Positions 38,325-51,095 are shown, counted from the stretch's first letter. The stretch: DNA of 64,000 nucleotides from Vicugna vicugna (GCA_013265495.1 MU058213.1:1178001-1242000), one strand, 5' to 3'. Numbers and translations are program-made. The notes: generated by a model not told the origin, from the sequence alone.

Positions 38325-39028
38325 TTAGGTGGGATTATCTATTCCAGCTGCATCCCGGGACTGGAATACTTAGTTCCTGACATGCAGAATTCTTTTACCT
38401 GAACATTTACTGATGTCTGGGCTTTTGGGGGGGGGGTCCAGATGTCACACCTCCCACTCTTTGTCTTGGCCCCCTTTCAGGGAAGCTTCCGGTTGGTTGT
38501 GAGAGGACCTGAATGATTTATGGCCAAAAGCAGTCTAACTTCCATTCTACTGAAAAAAACCCAAAACATGCTTTGTGAAGTGCAGTTTTGGAATAAACAA
38601 GCATACAAAGAAAAGAGTGAGATCTCTTCAGGTGAATTTTGCTAAAGGATTGAGAAATGATGGGTGAACAAATGCACGGGATCTTCTCCATTGAGTGCGG
38701 TACGTTAAGAAACCTGAGCCATAAATTAATGCTGGACTAAATAAGGGTGGAAACATTCTCTATGTGCCAAGTCAGAAGCAATAAAGAATCAGTCATACAT
38801 GATGCAACACCTGTATTGCTTGTGAGAAGCTGAGTTTGTCCATTAGGATTTCTAAAAAGCAAAGGTTGTGAGTATGCTTAAACAGTCAAGTAAAAAAATT
38901 GCTTTTCAGGCTCTGATTTGTGCATCTGTTTATGAGAAAATATATCTCTAGGCCCTGAAATTGCATAATGGGTGCAAATTCAATGCTGGTATGAAAATTA
39001 TCTTTGGTGTTAGCAAATAGGATCACTG

Positions 39029-39034
39029 TTTATT
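39029..39034 (-). terminator. Candidate proximal poly(A) hexamer
   Basis: AATAAA on the minus strand, ~2.7 kb past the stop. Confidence 0.35.
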
Positions 39035-40353
39035 TGTCCAAAAAAACCATTATGGTGGGAATATTAAAAATGTAATAATATCCTTTGAGAGTGTGTCTAC
39101 ACAGTACCAAAAATAACTGGTTGAAAATGGAAATCACAGTTGGATTAATCTGAGGGGGTTATATAGGAAAAACAAAGCAAAAGACATGGTTGTCTAAATT
39201 CAGCTTTTGTTTTTCCTAGGGTATTGAATTGGGTAAGATTGTGTGTAGACACAGCTTGAATTTCCCTGCATTTAAAATTCTTACGTTTTAAATAAATAAG
39301 GCTTTCCTCCCTCCTAAATTACAAATACATTATACAGCTGTACCCCGGCCCCCTCCACTCCTGGAGAGAGAGAAAAAGTTCATCAGTTTTTTCCTTTTCA
39401 TTTATGTCATTGACAAGATTACATTTTCAGCAAATCTCAAAGGGTAGCCATTTAAATGGTCTCTTTTAATAGCTGAACTATAATTGTGCCATATTTAGAA
39501 GGGAAAATTTTAAGCTGGAATTTGGGGTGAGATTAAAAAAAATACTAAGACAAAATGTGTCAAGGCAAATTGCGCTATTTCATCAAAGGAGAAGTATGTC
39601 TTGGTTTCTGTTTTTCATTCCACAGTGGACGTGAAGGAGATACAGAAGGCTTGGGGGCTTAGCCTCCTCTCTCCAAGTGCCTGCCTCTTCTAGACCTGGA
39701 CAAGATGCTGATATTTGACTCTTAGGAGTTAAGTTTTGTGTCAAAATGGTTTCATTTCATCGTTTGCATTTTAATGAATCTCAATAAACAACTTGCTGTT
39801 AACATTTAATTTTATATTTCTACTTAGCTGTGGTGATCAGCTAAGAGTACCTGATTCTTTACCTAATAGTACAAAAGGCATGAGTTACAGTTCAATTGAA
39901 TTCAGAGAGAATTTTTCTGGGAATCCAGTGATTCACTTGGGTACTAGTAGCACAACTGTATTATCTTTTTTTTTGGCCTTGATTTCTATAGCCCTGGTTA
40001 AGTGATTTGGAAAAATAGAATTTTAAAATTTTGTATTTGAAAGTTCAGGTCTAGTTTTTAATCTGTCCCTGTTAGAGAGTGGACTCTGTGTTATAAAACT
40101 TCCAGCTTAACTGCAGCAGCAAGAAAGAATGTAGTATGCTTCGGAGGCTACGCTCAGTGAAGTAAAGAGCTTAATCCCTATGGAATCCAAGGTCTTGTCT
40201 TCCACTGGAACTTTTGCTTTTTCTATGCAGTTCCACCATGTCTCCACTTAACCTGCTATTTTTTTTTAATTGGTGTCCAAGTCACAAAATGTCTGGGATT
40301 GGCAATAAAATCAGTCTGATTACATTTTCAGGATGATGACAAATACTGGATAG

Positions 40354-40359
40354 TTTATT
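40354..40359 (-). terminator. Candidate proximal poly(A) hexamer
   Basis: AATAAA on the minus strand, ~1.35 kb past the stop. Confidence 0.3.
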
Positions 40360-41237
40360 TTAAAAATAATGTTGGTCTGCTTATTCTGTGTGTGTGTCAA
40401 GTGTTTTAAACAGGTATTTGGTGTCAAAGGCATAAAGCAGATTTAAGTCAAATTAACCTAAGTATGGAGTCCTTTATGCAGTGGACTTTTACTAAAAAGC
40501 ATTACTTCGAACAAATTTTGTAATTTAGTTACCTGCCCTGTGAAACTTCATTTTCTAAGTTTACAAGGGGGTCCTGCCTCGGAAGAACCCTCAGGTTTTC
40601 TTAGCTATGGATAGATTATGAACTTATGTCTCTATGTTTACTTAAGTGACATCTGTAGATTCCGAAAAGGGGTGTGCCATCTGGATGTACACGTCTGCTG
40701 CATCGACCTCTCTGTGACGATACTAATTGCTTCCCTGAAGCTACATTCTTTCTTGCCAGTTCTGAAAACTAATATTTCAAATGCTCCAAGAGTCATAAAT
40801 AATAGTCATGATTCTATGTGGCATGTGTATTACCGCTAGGTCAGTTCATACGTATAACTTTACATAGTATCTTGTGTAAAAATAGCTTTGGTTATTAAAA
40901 TCATTGCAATAAAATACCTGCACTATAATATTAAGTGTGTTCTTTGGTACCTAGGTGATTTTCCTTTTTTAATGGATGGACTCTTGTTTCATTTCTTAAA
41001 AAATATCTGAACATTCCTTAACAAACAAAGAGAATGCACTGGTTTAGGTGTCATTCAAATTTCTCTGCTGGATTTGAATCTGCACATAGGTTGCGGGCCT
41101 GGCAGGTTCAAACACTAGGCTAGATGAGCAAAATCACACTGCTAATCCATTGAACTCAGACAACCCCGCACCATGTTGGTTGTACTCCTACAACACAACC
41201 CTTCCTGAAGACCAGCCCTGCCTAAGTCCCTAACCAC

Positions 41238-41286
41238 TGGTGGTGGTGGTGGTGGTGGTGGTGGTGTGTGTGTGTGTGTGTGTGTG
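41238..41286. repeat. Compound microsatellite (TGG)9(TG)11 in the proximal 3'UTR
   Basis: Read directly from the sequence. Confidence 0.95.
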
Positions 41287-41701
41287 TTTGCACGCACGCA
41301 CCCACACACAGTACTGAGACACCATACACCTTCGTGGCGTGGTGGAACGGATGAGAAAGTCGATCTTAAAAATGTCCACCCAATGGCTCAAAATTACTAT
41401 GCTCCAAACCACGAAACAGCCGAGCACAGCGAGGATGATCATGGACTGAAGGTGTACGATCCAGTGGTGCTTTCCCGCTCATAATTTTTCTTGCCAAGTC
41501 GTCGCCCGGCTGAAGTGTGTGTCTCCAAACAAAGTCAGAATGCAGGTGAGCTAAGTCTTTGGTTTCTTTGGACTATAAATAACACTTTGTTTTCTTCAAA
41601 TATTTCTAAGTATAAACCTGCTATCTTGAGGTCCTGGTCTTTAAAATTTTTTTTTTTAATTTAAAGCTTTTCCACCGAGGTTTCAGTTCGTGGTTATTTC
41701 T

Positions 41702-41994
41702 TCATGCTTTGGTACAAGTGCTTGATGAAGACGATGAGTTGCCGGAATTGGAGCTGCCCTCGTCCTGCCACTTGTCCAGACTCCTCCTCCTCGCGTTCAT
41801 GAAGAAGTTGCTGACAGTGCTCAGCTCCAAGCCCAGCTGCTGGGAAATGGTGATTTGCAATTCTTTGGATGGACGCTTATTTTCCTTGAATATTGCATGG
41901 AGAGTTCGACGCTGGACATCTGTGAAGACCAACCTGGGCTTTTTGGGTGTGTTGCCTCTATCCTTCCCGTGTTCTTGCTCTTTCCTTTTGCATG
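41702..41994 (-). CDS. ONECUT1: ONECUT1/HNF6 final coding exon (linker, homeodomain, C-terminus), phase-1 start
   Basis: Minus-strand translation (A)CKRKEQEHGKDRGNTPKKPRLVFTDVQRRTLHAIFKENKRPSKELQITISQQLGLELSTVSNFFMNARRRSLDKWQDEGSSNSGNSSSSSSTCTKA*, the ONECUT1 C-terminus, with the ONECUT-type F48/M50 helix 3 (NFFMNARRR). TGA at 41704-41702. 293 nt = 2 nt + 97 codons. Preceded by acceptor ttgcag. Confidence 0.97.
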
Positions 41995-42022
41995 CTGCAA
42001 AGAAACACAGAGGGTATTAGAA
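41995..42022 (-). other. ONECUT1: 3' splice acceptor with branch point and polypyrimidine tract
   Basis: Minus strand reads ttCTAATaccctctgtgtttctttgcAG|CATGCAAA; AG at 41996-41995. Confidence 0.92.
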
Positions 42023-43189
42023 CAGACTGCCTGGAAGAATTGAGAGCAGAAAGGCACAGCCCGTAAAATTTGTTTGGCATTCCTCTTGGTCACTTTCTGT
42101 CTGCTGACCTCTGATTTTAGTGCCGTCCATTCTAGGCTGGGAGGGAAGTGTAACAAAAGCATGGAGAATGAGGAGGAGGTGGAGTTCTGCCCTCCTGCCT
42201 TTTTGTATTCCAGGTTCTCAATTCCTTACTAGACGGTCCACCAGCTCTGGCTCGATGCAGCCTCTGTGCTTTCCCCAGGTAGCCCTCCTCTTCTGCCCGC
42301 CCCTACTTTTCATTCCTAGCTGTTCCGCGTCTTGAATTTCAGAGTTCCCCTAAGGCCTTAGGTGCCCATTAGCACAAATTAGCTCAGCAATCAGAGCAGC
42401 TGAAAAGCTAATGGCTAAAAGCTGAAAAAGCCTCCAGTCTGCAGAATCCAATCTAGGGATCTCCCAGGTTTTTAATCATGGGCTACTAGTAAAAAATATT
42501 TTGAGTGTTACACTCTTTACTTCTTTATAAGGGACATGCGTGTGTTACTGTACCACTGTATTACGGGCGTTATAAAGCATACACAAAATAGAGACATTTG
42601 TAAAGGTGTAAAATAAAATGAATAGACATAGAAATTCTCTACCTTAGGTGCATCAGCTTGCCCAGGTCCCAGAGTGCATTCACCTCACTCCACGGGACTA
42701 CAGGTCCAATATATCAGGAAATATAAGAGTAAGAATTTCAGAATGGACATGAGTGTAGCCCTCAGTCACAAAAGAGAGATTTTTAGGCCAGTCAAGTCTT
42801 CTGGTACCTTTTATAAGATATCCCATAGATCACTGGCTATGTCCTATCCCCACCAGGATGGAAAGCATCAACATAATGGGAAAGATTTATTAAATGTCCA
42901 GCTCCCTCAGAGCACTGAGCTATATATACTGAAATAGGTGAGAGTCCCCAGATGGAGCCCCTCCCCTCAGGGACCTACAGCCTTCACTGGCAAATAGATT
43001 AAGTCCCTGGGAAAAAAAAAAGCTGACTAGACTGAAGTCAAGTCTACAAGCCCATGTAGACACAGCTTTATATAATACTGATGCACAAGGCTGATTGATT
43101 CATTCACTTACATTCAAAAATGAATATAACACAAGCTTTTCTCTTAAACAGGTTAGTGGTTACATAAGCAAATAACTGTAAGAGTATAA

Positions 43190-44330
43190 GAAGAGTATAC
43201 AGGAAATGATCTCCGCTTAAGGATATTAAGGAAGGCATCTCAGAAGAGGGGTGCTTACTCCAGGCCCTAAAGGATGCATGGAGTTTGCTAGTGAGAGAAG
43301 TGGGAAAAGCTCATTTGCAGCAGGGGAGCAGCCGTTGTGAAGGACTGATGAATCGTAGCACATGGTGGTGGGCAAGAGTGCATGCAGGGAGGAAAGCTGT
43401 CGGGGACAAGGCTTCACAAGTAGAGATCAGATCTGAATTGTCTTGTAAGTAAGGTCTTGAGTAAGGGTGTTGTGTGATTAAATGTGGATTTAGAAAAACC
43501 CCTCTGGTGGTGTTGTGGGGGATGAACTGGAAAGCAGCAAAATTAGGCACCAGCACGCTGTGGTGTGCCACCCACACCCCCTCAGGACTAAGGCACTCAT
43601 TCTTGTACCTGTTGGAAGAGACCGGTGGCTCTCAGCTGAGGCCCATTCTGGGAATAGCCCTTGGCCAAAGGTTATGCCACCCTGGGGTGGGGTGGGGGGA
43701 TGTCTTCAGTCTCCCTTGCATCAGGTTGGAACAACTCTGAAGGGTTATCCAGTTCCAGAGTACCTACATCAAAGTTCACCTTCTCCACCTGCCTGGTCTT
43801 ACTTCCTCCACTCTCCCCAACAGGCGCTAATCTTCATAGTCCTCCTCAATAACCTTTCTGCATGCAAGTCTCAGAAACTCAGAGTCTGTTTCTCAGAAAA
43901 CCTGATCTAAGACAGAAGCCAATTAGAAAACCAGTGTAATGAGGACCCCAAACTAGACAATGGCTGTTGAAGATGGAAAATAGGGAGCAAATGTAAGAGC
44001 TTCTTGGAAGGTAGAATCAAGAGGAATGAAAAACGACAACCTGGCTGGGAGGATGGAGTTCAGCGCATCTCCCAGGTTTCTTACTGGATGGCAGTAATGG
44101 GGCCATTAGGGAATGCAGATGGAGAAATGAGTTTTATGAGAGCAGTAATCACTTCTCTGGGGACAAACTGCACTTGAAATGCTTGTTGGACATTCTGTTA
44201 AAGATCCCTGGTAGGTAGCTGTCCAGCAGACGGCAGGCTATGTGGGGCGTGGAGCTCATGGGAGAGGGCTGGGCTAGGAACGTAGACTGGGAAGTCACTA
44301 GGGCTCCACATGGTAAATTACACAGAACAC
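43190..44330. mobile_element. LINE-2 fragment with nested ERVL-type LTR (~43530-43915)
   Basis: L2-like purine-rich sequence (ggaaggtagaatcaagagga, cacttgaaatgcttgttggacattc); LTR end aataacc...ctcagagtctgtttctcagaaaacctgatctaagaca. Confidence 0.6.
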
Positions 44331-46024
44331 ATACCTAAGGGAAAATAAAGAACTGAGCATCAGGTGCAGACTCAGCTTATTTAACATTCACAAGGCAGGA
44401 CTAAGGGAAATCACAAAGAGATGTCCGTTTCCTACCTAACCAGGATATCTGAATGACTTCAGTATGGTCCTTAGCAACTGGCAGGACTGTGTGGGCTGAA
44501 GCAACCCCAGAGCCAGCATTTCCCAAATGGTGTCAGAGGCATGGTATTGTCTCAAATAAGAATTACTTGAAAAGATGGTTTGCAGCCCAGGTACATTTAG
44601 AAAAACCTATTTATAGCCTTCTCTTCAAAATGCATAATGTGTTAGCACATAAAATTATGTTTCCCAAATTTATTTAATTCCAGAACCTTGCTTGGTAGAG
44701 ACTGTCTATTAATGTCTCATACAATACTAATGTTGGGGAAATGCAGTTTGGAAGTTCCTGCCCTGAGCTCTCAAGCATTGCAGGCGTCACCGTGTCAGAA
44801 CCTGGGAAGTGGGGTTCTCTTGCAGCGAGGACCTGGCTGACTCATTCTATCTCTCCAGGGCATGCTAGCATAGTGCCTGGCTACCAGGGGACGTCAATAC
44901 CCATCTGCGTACTGGTTGGGGTGTCTGGGACTCGACGTGTGTGGTTATATCTGGAGAGAACTTCGTGCAGAAGTAGGAATGACTGAATAAGAAAGCAGAG
45001 ATACCTGTAGAATGAAGAGTGGACTAAAGCTTGTTGAGGGTCACTGAGTGACCTCAACAGGGAGACTAGGAGAAGCAACTCACAGAAATAAAATCATGGT
45101 TTCTAGAGGCCTGTTTAGAATTATAGTTGCAAGACCTGTTAAGAGAATATGAATAAGAGCAATGCTTTGGCATTTCTATGGGATTCATTTCAGGGTAGAG
45201 ATTACCCATTATGGGGTAGGAAACTCCCAACTGGAAGTCATGAGAGTCCATACAAGTGTGCAAGGGAGGGAGAGACACAGAGAGACAGACAGAGACAGAG
45301 GGAGTGGGAGCAGAGCCTGACAAGAGGAGCTGCTGCTTAGGGAAAAACATTGCATGTGTTTTACGCAAAAGTCATACTTTTTGTGTGGGTGTACACTTTT
45401 CATTAACAATAGAGAAGTGGTTATTATAGAACTAGACTAAAGGGAAGAGGATTGCTATTGCACTAGAAAGGTAGTACTGAAGAGGAAGAAGACCCATCAA
45501 GAGTCACCTCCGTGAGGGTGGACAAGCAGATATGTTTGCAGGATGCAGCGGCCAAGTGTAGTGGGCTGTCTTAGGTGACTTTGATCTTCCCTGGGGGTGA
45601 GGTCACCTATAGTCAGTACTATGGAAGACAGAAGCAGGCATGGAAAATGGTAAAAGGCAGAACATGATTTTATGCACCACAAGAATAAAAGATTACAGAG
45701 AATTAAAAAAAAAAAGGCAATGCATGAGGACGTGAGCGAAGGACAGAAGCTGTCATTTCAGGCAAGCCTGGGGCCTATTCTTTGCCCAGAGTCGACAGGA
45801 CAGATCCAAGGGTATTTCAAGAAATATGAATTCTGCAGGATGTTGAAAGGTGCTCCTTGAACAATGAGTTTTGAGCCAATATGGGAAATGCCGAGTTAAT
45901 GATTAAACAAACTTCTTCAATACAGGACTTCTCAGAGCTTTAACATGCTAATGCGCACCGATACTTTCTAGCTTACGGGGTCTCCTGAATTTATTTGATT
46001 AAGTAACTATTCAGGGAATTTCTC

Positions 46025-46285
46025 TCAGGAATGGCGTTGCTTGAAACAGTATCTCTCAAAATGTGGTTGCAGGATTCATGCTGGTCCATGAACTGTTACA
46101 ACAAGATCAGACAATTGAGAATAAGCAATTAGAAAATTTGACATTGCTACAGCATTCTGTGTTATTGTTCTAGTAATACTTTTTTTTTAATCGTATTATC
46201 AAAATTATTGGTCCAGGACAGACGGAAATTAGAAACAAACAAACAACTACTCCTTCATTATATAGAGTTTAAGAAGCCCTGTCTT
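46025..46285. mobile_element. hAT-type MITE relic
   Basis: cagtatctctcaaaatgtggt ... agtttaagaagccctg, imperfect inverted termini. Confidence 0.45.
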
Positions 46286-49004
46286 AGAACACACTTTATA
46301 ACAACATGGTATACAACAATGTACTAAAGTCAGCTGCCAGCCAAGCATTCGTGTATCAACTTATATCCATTTTCCTGATTTAATGGCACAAAGGGCTTTA
46401 CAGCATCTAAACTGCTGATCAAGCTATGCAAAAGTCTGCCAAGAATTTGTCTGGGAATATGTGGACACACACACGTGTCCAGGTCTGGAAAACGTTTACA
46501 AAGCACGATAGATTTATGATACAACTTCTTATTCGGACCTGGGCTCAGAAGACACAAGCTCCAGTCTCAGCTCTGTGGCCACAGAAAGATGTGTGGTCTT
46601 GGGCAAGTCCCTCACCTTCTGGAGTCTTAGTTTGCCCAGCTGCAAAAGAGAGGGCCATGGCTTTCTTTCCTTACAGTATTACAATAAGCACTAAATAAGA
46701 TAAGATTGTTTAAACTATAAACCCTTAAGAAATATTCTAGATGTTTACAAATTAATATTCTGATCCTTTCTTCTTTGGTCAAGATGCAAGTATAAACATT
46801 GAATTTACACAGCAGGCATTCATCTTTGTTTTGTCTCTAGTCTGTGGTATAAACTTGAACACATCATGTGATCTCTTTTTCTGCATCCTTTAAATGAGCA
46901 GGCTCGAAAGCCCTGTGGTCAATGAATAGACCCTTACAGTGTCTCTCCTGATTCCCAAAGCCTAATGTTATCTCAGTTAAAAGATTTCCGAGGTAACCTT
47001 ACTCTGCCTTTAGAACATACAGCACTATGTTGACTTTCCACTGCATCTTCTCCATCCTTATGGCTTCTCAAAAAGAGCAGGTAGTGGTTCTGCAAGGATA
47101 CCAGCCAGTCCTGCAAACAGTCCAGATCCACGTTCATTTGAATGAAGGTGATCAAACATAAACTCACATTCCTCACAGTTCTTCAACCTTAGGAGCTTTA
47201 GAGATTAAAACAGTGACAACAGCAACAACCACAAACCCTGTGACAGTCAAGCACTTGCCCTCCTAGGACTCGGAGCCATTAAATAATAGGCACTTTATAT
47301 TCTTACCGAGCTCCTACCTTTTCATTAAAATTGTAGGGCCATTTGTTTAACTTGCTTCCTGAGGTTCTGGGCATATCTGTCCCAGAGTTGGCTGCTTCAT
47401 ACAGGATAGAACTGTGGGTTAGAAGAGACTGTCTTCTTAGGGGCAGGAGTGTATGTTTCAGTGTGTCTTTACAGAAAATATGCCAAGGGTCCGGGTATAA
47501 TGAGAGTGTACTTTATTTTCCCAGTCTAGGAGGGAGGAAGGTCTTGTATAAAGCACTACACTAGCTGACAGAAGTTTGGGGTTCTGGTTCTGTCATTATT
47601 TGAATGGCTGGGTTGAATCCCTTAAGCAGGCTGGGTCCAGGTTCCTTAATTGCATAACGAAGAGCTCTGACTAAATAGCTCACAGTCCCTTCTAGGCACA
47701 GCTCTATGGCTTGATGTGTGTAAAGAGCTTCCAACATCACTCCAGGGGGAAGAGCAGACGGTACAATCCAGGCAGGACTATTGGTTTCTATGTCATAAAC
47801 GGGCACCTGGAGAAGTGTGAGGGTGGAGCTGTTCACTGTAGCTGGGACCCACCCTCCAGGCCATGCCCCCTCTTTTGTCAGACTATCCCTGTGCCACCAC
47901 CTCCTGGCAGGCATTGGGGAGAGAAGACCTTGGGGGCAGAGCCCCTGCAGATGGGGTAGGAAAGGGGATGAGACCCATGTGCTTAGTAAACAATATTACC
48001 AGGTAAGACTAGAAAATCGAACTTCATAAATTATAATCATAATTTGCAAAGGTCCTTTAGAAAATTCTACCTTGTCTTGGTTACACTAAAGAGGAGTATG
48101 GAGAAGTGTGTGTATGTGTGTTTGAGGGGGTGGGGTGTAGTGGATGCACAGACAGACAAGTGAAAATCAGGGCCTGGCATCCTTCCAGGGAGCCACTCTG
48201 TCTGCTGCAATAAGATGGGGATGGAGCCAAAGGAGTGGTGAGCCATGAGCCTGTCACTTTAGAGATGTTGTTTAATTTTACAACAGCTCTGTGAGGTATC
48301 GCATTTAATAGGCTGAAGGAAATTTGGAAATTTAACCTGAAGAGAAGATAGGTTTGGCCTCCAAGTCTGGATGGAGAACCCCAAAAAGGTAGACTGAAAG
48401 GACTGAGGGGACCCAAGGAAGAACCAGGCTTGGGTGATTCAAATCAGAGTGATCTAGTGGTCTGACTCTAGCAGACTGAGGCAGGAGGCCATGTGCCTGC
48501 GGCTTCCCCGATCACGTGTGGCTTTCACCCTGAGGGTCCTCACAATACGGCCAAGTGCTTTCCCCTCCATACAACTGCCAGAGGGTCTGCTGTCCTAACG
48601 TGATTGCAGGGAGGTGGGCCAGGGAGCAGGAAGGGGAAGGGCTGGGATTCCCAGGGCACCAGGAAACTGCCTTGTCACCTAAAGACGCCATGGCATTTTA
48701 GCAGGGGCTCGCCGGAGACCCAATGTCTTCCCACTAAAGCCCGAGGCCAGTGCTGAAAACTGTCACCTGTGGGGCCAAGAGCCCTGGAACAAGTGAGCCT
48801 GCAATGTCCCAGGTCACTTGGGGGAGGTCCGGCCTGGATGTGGAGGAGGAAGGTGCAGGCGGGGTGCACTGGTAAGGCCAAAGCACACCCTGAAATTCTA
48901 CCCAGATCCCTGACAGACTTGACAGGGACGTCCCTGCACACCCTGCTCAGGGGAGCTTGGGGCTTTAGGGGGAGAGAAAAAGGCTAAAAAAAGCAACTGA
49001 GCCA

Positions 49005-49256
49005 GAACAGGCAGATCCAGAGGGGCAGGAAGTAGTTGGTGGTTGCCTATGGCTGAGTAGGCAGTCGGGGGAAATGGGAGGGTCTGCTAATGGGCATAGC
49101 GTTTCCTTTTTGGGGTGCAGATTAAAAGGTTCTAAAATTGATGGTGGTGATGGTTGCTCAGCTCTGTGAGCATACTAAAACCACTGACTTATACACATTA
49201 AACGGGTAAATTGTATGGTGTGTAAATTATACCTTCATAAAATGATTTTAAAAAGC
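49005..49256 (+). mobile_element. L1MB-type 3' terminal fragment
   Basis: gtggttgcctatggctg...gctaatgggcatagcgtttcctttttgggg...gttctaaaattgatggtggtgatggttgc. Confidence 0.85.
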
Positions 49257-49989
49257 AGTAGCTGGACAGGGTGGGCCCTCTGCTTTCACTCCCCACCTGC
49301 CGCTCAGAGAAAGCCTCTCCTGGACTGTGGCCAGGACTAAGGGGGTTGCTGTTCATGTCTACTGAGCCCCCCAGCACCCTCTCTTGACAGCTGAAGCTGC
49401 TTTTACAAAGTAAACTCTACAAGACTATGTATGTAGGTGGAGGAGCAAGCATGTGAATGAAACAGATTTCAGTAAGACAAGAAAGGGGAGCCACGCACAC
49501 GAATGTGCCAGGTTCCTGAGCCCGTTTAACAGACCAGGCTCCACCCTGTGGACATCGAAGAGTCAGTGGGTGTCCCGTCGCAGCTTCAAGGTTAGACCTC
49601 AGACTCCAGGAGTGCTGGGTTATCTGCTTGGCCTTGAGTTATTTAACTGCCCTGTGCCTATTTGTATAAGTCACGTTCCCAGTTGTTCTGGGGATGAGGC
49701 ACCTCTTAAGTGGCAAATTTAGAGGACACACTACAAAGCACAACTCCAGTGAGTCCTACCTGATACAGCCAAGGCAGCCTTTACACCGAGAGGGAACTCC
49801 CGCACAGACTGTCTGGAAACTGTGATGCCCAGGTGAGGGAGGTGGGGCCAATACCAGCTGCTGGACACCAGCTAGTTTTGCTGGTGTCTGTGAGTCTGCG
49901 GATAGCCAGAGCTCCTATGGAAACTCTCCTAGGCATATGCATGAAAGATGCACTAAAAACATGCAAAGAGCAGATGTTCTTAGTCAGGG

Positions 49990-50190
49990 ATGGTGACTAT
50001 CACTCACTCCTGTATCTTGCTTTACAGTACTTCCGACGCCTCCATTAAACCTTCCCACGTGATCCCCACAAAACTCAGGTGAGGTAGAAATGGGTATTAC
50101 ATCTTTTTCTGTAGAGAAAGAAATGATGTCAGAGAGGTTAGGTGAGGTGGCTATGGGCACACAGCTGGTTAATCGGGGGACCTCCAACTC
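49990..50190 (-). mobile_element. MIR SINE
   Basis: tgaggtag...ttttctgtagagaaagaaatgatgtcagagaggttaggtga...cacacagctggtt. Confidence 0.65.
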
Positions 50191-50919
50191 TACTGTGCCC
50201 TGGAGGCAGATGTCAGCATGGTGGACACATCCTGAAAACTTGCCCCAGGATGGATAAACGGGCAGGAGCAGCTGGTGAGGGAGCCCAGGGAATCCACAGC
50301 CACGGCGAGCGGAGCTGGAGCAGCTGGCCAGCCAGGCAGCAGGCGGGCATCAGCCAGGTCTGTCTGGCTATGGCTGAAAGGGCTGCAGTTGGCCCATCCA
50401 GGAAAGTGGGCTGCATGGAAGTTGAGATGCAGGGAGTTCAGGCAGCGAAGGGGACAGGAGACCCACACTGGCCTGAGAGAGGGACCAGAGTGAGTCTTAT
50501 TTCAGGAGGGGTGCAGAGGAGCACTGAACACTGTCTCCATGTGGAAACTGGCTTTGAGAGGAAGCTGAAGGAAACTGAGCTGACTCAAAGGAAAAGGAAA
50601 AATGGGGAAGAGCTAAAGCCAGGAGAGGTCAGCTCCATCAAACTCAGGTTGGAAAAGTCACCCAAACCTCTCGCCACCCGACCCTGTTTGCTTCTATCAC
50701 TGACCTGACCGCCACAGAGAACTGCCTTCCCAGACAGCTGCGGCCTGGAGTCCTTCCGGACATAGCATAGAAAATCTTCCCACCAGCCTCTTTTCTCTAG
50801 GGAAGGTTCCATAGCTGCAGCCCAAGAGGTAGGGCTACTGGACTTTATGGTCAAAGGAGAACAGAAGCTGCCTGGACCTGGGAGGGATAGAACAGGATCA
50901 GCTGAAACGTACGGTGCTT

Positions 50920-51095
50920 CCCCTGTGCTAAGTAAGCCCCATACATGTATCACCTTATGATGCCCTTCAACAGCTATGGGAGATAGGTTCCATTACATCT
51001 CTAGTGTACAAATGAACAGCCTTGAGGCTCTGAGGTTAAGGGCTGACCCAAGGTCACCCTGACAGTAAATGGTGGAGCTGGGATCAGAGCTAGGA
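50920..51095 (-). mobile_element. MIR SINE
   Basis: tgaggctctgaggttaag...cccaaggtcacc...gtaaatggtggagctgggatc. Confidence 0.7.

Larger units (their letters stand above)
34365..41701 (-). other. ONECUT1: Putative long ONECUT1 3'UTR (~7.3 kb to the distal poly(A) site)
   Basis: Continuous from the stop codon with no recognisable transposon. Rich in U tracts, strand-specific miRNA seed sites, and ends at a strong poly(A) signal. Confidence 0.7.

Noticed and set aside
41702..41932. ORF-track start 'MVFTDVQRR' as a stand-alone gene
   Set aside because: The start is a TTG leucine codon inside the exon; the true exon begins at the splice acceptor at 41994.
41709..42020. 103-aa plus-strand ORF antisense to the homeodomain exon
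   Set aside because: Shadow of the coding exon; non-ATG start and no independent gene signals.
41821..42162. 113-aa minus-strand ORF crossing the acceptor
   Set aside because: Out of frame with ONECUT1 and runs through the intron; no recognisable protein.
50142..50708. Longest ORF in the window (188 aa)
   Set aside because: Starts within a MIR, lies in GC-richer intron, has no recognisable domain or splice context; length is compatible with chance.
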